A stretch of DNA of 63,406 nt, filler included, from Lenisia limosa (Eukaryota > Protista > Breviatea): assembly GCA_001655205.1 (NCBI GenBank). It is 8 parts of 8 records of this genome, joined end to end, with 100 filler letters (N's around TTAATTAATTAA, not from the genome) between each part and the next. Parts side by side here need not be neighbours in the genome. Positions count along the whole stretch, not along the records: positions 55,690 to 61,613 come from LPNZ01005262.1; positions 61,714 to 63,406 come from LPNZ01002422.1; 6 more parts are not named here. One strand, written 5' to 3'. Numbering within the stretch: position 1 is the stretch's first letter; every line of letters begins with the position of its first letter. The notes beneath the pieces are model-generated. The model saw only the letters and a program-made list of their open reading frames with translations, had not been told where the DNA came from and searched no databases. The position numbers and the translations under genes were made by a program. Shown here one piece after another: positions 61,501 through 63,406 of the stretch.

Positions 61501-62677
61501 CGTCGCATTTTGGCAGGCCCAGAGGGAGGCGGTGATTTCTGTCTTTTTAAGTCCTGGGTGTGATGAGAATACAGAAAAATGAAATCTATGAATAATGCTT
61601 GATCGTGAACCCANNNNNNNNNNNNNNNNNNNNNNNNNNNNNNNNNNNNNNNNNNNNTTAATTAATTAANNNNNNNNNNNNNNNNNNNNNNNNNNNNNNN
61701 NNNNNNNNNNNNNCACCCCCTGGTACTCCCCCTGCAGAGGTTGGTGTTAGTGATAAATGTGATGTTTTTTAAAACTTGGATAATAATATCATATCTGTTG
61801 TCTGCGCAGTTATACAATAATCTTTCAGAACAAAGTATGTACCCCAAGTCGATCCAGGTCCCCTGCTCCTCGTCGATCCAGGTCGCCTGCTCGTCGCCCA
61901 CGGTCACCCCGCCGCCGGTATGTCTCCAATACCTTTCAATCTAGGAGTGTTCAACAACCAGCTACTGTATTACTTAGTGTAAGAAGGATCTAACACCGTA
62001 GATCCCAATCTCCTCGTCGCCGCTCCCGCTCCCCTCGTCGCCGTAGCCCGCGCAGGTGGGTGGTGGTTATTTTTCAAGCCCTGTCGAGCTGGGTGAATTC
62101 AGTTGCAAGGATGCCTTGCTTCTCCCAATATTTTTTAACTCTCTTCAGGTCATCACGCTATTCGCGCTCGCGCTCACCCCACTCACGTAGACGCTAAAGT
62201 TTTGGATGTATAATAACTTTTCTTGATTGGTCAGCCCGAATAAAACCCCAATGTGGGAAAAGGCAAAAAGACGTAAAGGCTTCAAATGGTTCAAAGTTAA
62301 AAACTTGGGCTAGAGCTCTCTGTATCCGCAATTTTTACTTTGCCAAGAATTTGAAACCAGCTTTTGAAACAATAAATCACCCTGAAGATGAAGGGTAATC
62401 GAAGTGAAGACAATTTTACATCTAATTTTGCGAAATAAATTCAGTTTACCCATTTTTAGACTTATAAGCGGTGTGAACGGCTTCGGTCAAATATTATAAT
62501 CGAAAAAAACCAGAGTTTTGAACGCAAATGATATGTAAATGAATTCCCAGTTTGTAATATTACAGGAATTGTTTTTTCAATAAAGGATTATTAATTTGAT
62601 AAATTTATTCGCCCGATTTTTTGTTCACCATAATGCAGTAAACAAGACAATTTAATACATAGCGCAGAACAACAAAA

Positions 62678-63270
62678 CTACTCGTCATCCTCCGATTCCT
62701 CTTCACTCTCCTCCTCCTCATCACTCTCCTCCTCTTCCTCCTCTTCCTCTTCCTCTTCACCCTTTTCCTCAGGCTTGGCTGGCTCAACTGGCTCAGTCGC
62801 CTCAAAGTCAAGGGTGTCATCAGCTTCTTCCTCGTCTTCCACCATGTTGGCCTTCTCCCTTTTGTCGGATTTCTTCTGGGACTTCTTAGCAGCCTTGCGT
62901 TCCTTCTTCGTCTGAATGAGTGAGAAAAGAAACAACAACAAAACCTCAAGACAAACTTCGACAAAACTCATTCGCCACTCAAGCACCACCACCCACCATG
63001 ATTTCCGCAGCAGCTTGTCCGGAGCCGCGGATAAGGAACTGAATGAGGTCGTCGATGGATGGCCGGACAGAAGGGTCACGTGATAGGAGCTGGATCGTGA
63101 TTTTCGCGGGGTTCAAATTACTCATTGGTTGAGGTGCCGTTCTTTTTGATATTACCTTTTAATTCACCTTTTACCACAACTGACCTGGGGGAGGATGCTC
63201 GCAACCCTGCGGTCCAAAATGCCTTCTTGAGGAACGTCAATGGGCTCATCACTGGGAGGGGGTCAAGGGA
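62678..63270 (-). CDS. Protein kinase C-terminal end with a Lys-rich and poly-acidic tail, 5' partial
   Basis: DEPIDVPQEGILDRRVASILPQ-LLSRDPSVRPSIDDLIQFL resembles kinase subdomains X-XI (LLxxDPxxRP). Last exon is TKKERKAAKKSQKK...EEEEESDEEEESEEESEDDE*. Confidence 0.55.
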
Positions 63271-63406
63271 ATAAATGAACAACTTCAGAGAGAATATCAG
63301 ATTGTATATTAATACTAATAAAACTAGAAATTTAAAGAAAAAGCAAAAGTGCAACTGATTCTCTTCGGGAGGGGGTTAGACGCGTGCTGTTCATGTCCAA
63401 ACAAAG

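Larger units (their letters stand above)
11841..61669. other. Artificial scaffold linkers N-TTAATTAATTAA-N at 11841, 20134, 27942, 50272, 53780, 55634 and 61658
   Basis: The identical palindromic 12-mer gives stop codons in all six frames and is always embedded in about 90-100 N. Confidence 0.97.

Overview
Eukaryotic nuclear DNA from a gappy draft assembly. It is AT-rich with many short GT-AG introns (about 40-300 nt) and appears to use the standard genetic code. The gene set suggests a free-living protist, possibly amoeboid (inference only). The window is not one locus: seven N-TTAATTAATTAA-N linkers join eight unrelated scaffolds, so many genes are partial and neighbourhoods across linkers carry no meaning. 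Genes recognised by manual exon stitching: an ankyrin-repeat protein head-to-head with NSRP1/CCDC55, a decayed CXXC-repeat surface-protein gene, a TEP1/p80-like TROVE protein, the 3' end of an SLC35A-type nucleotide-sugar transporter, a Tweety/prominin-like membrane protein, a DH-PH RhoGEF, a 5'-incomplete LETM1, an acidic/Lys-rich protein, a probable winged-helix protein and the 3' end of a protein kinase. Mobile DNA is abundant: a piggyBac remnant, a Naiad/Chlamys-type Penelope-like RT, a possible DIRS-like relic, hAT-type MITEs with 8-bp TSDs, a mariner-like MITE, a foldback element and a HINE-like repeat. The most unusual signal is a repeat family lying sense-oriented inside introns. In at least two introns its 3' end coincides with the 3' splice site (Introner-like). 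Exon boundaries were read by eye and are approximate; no database searches were run.
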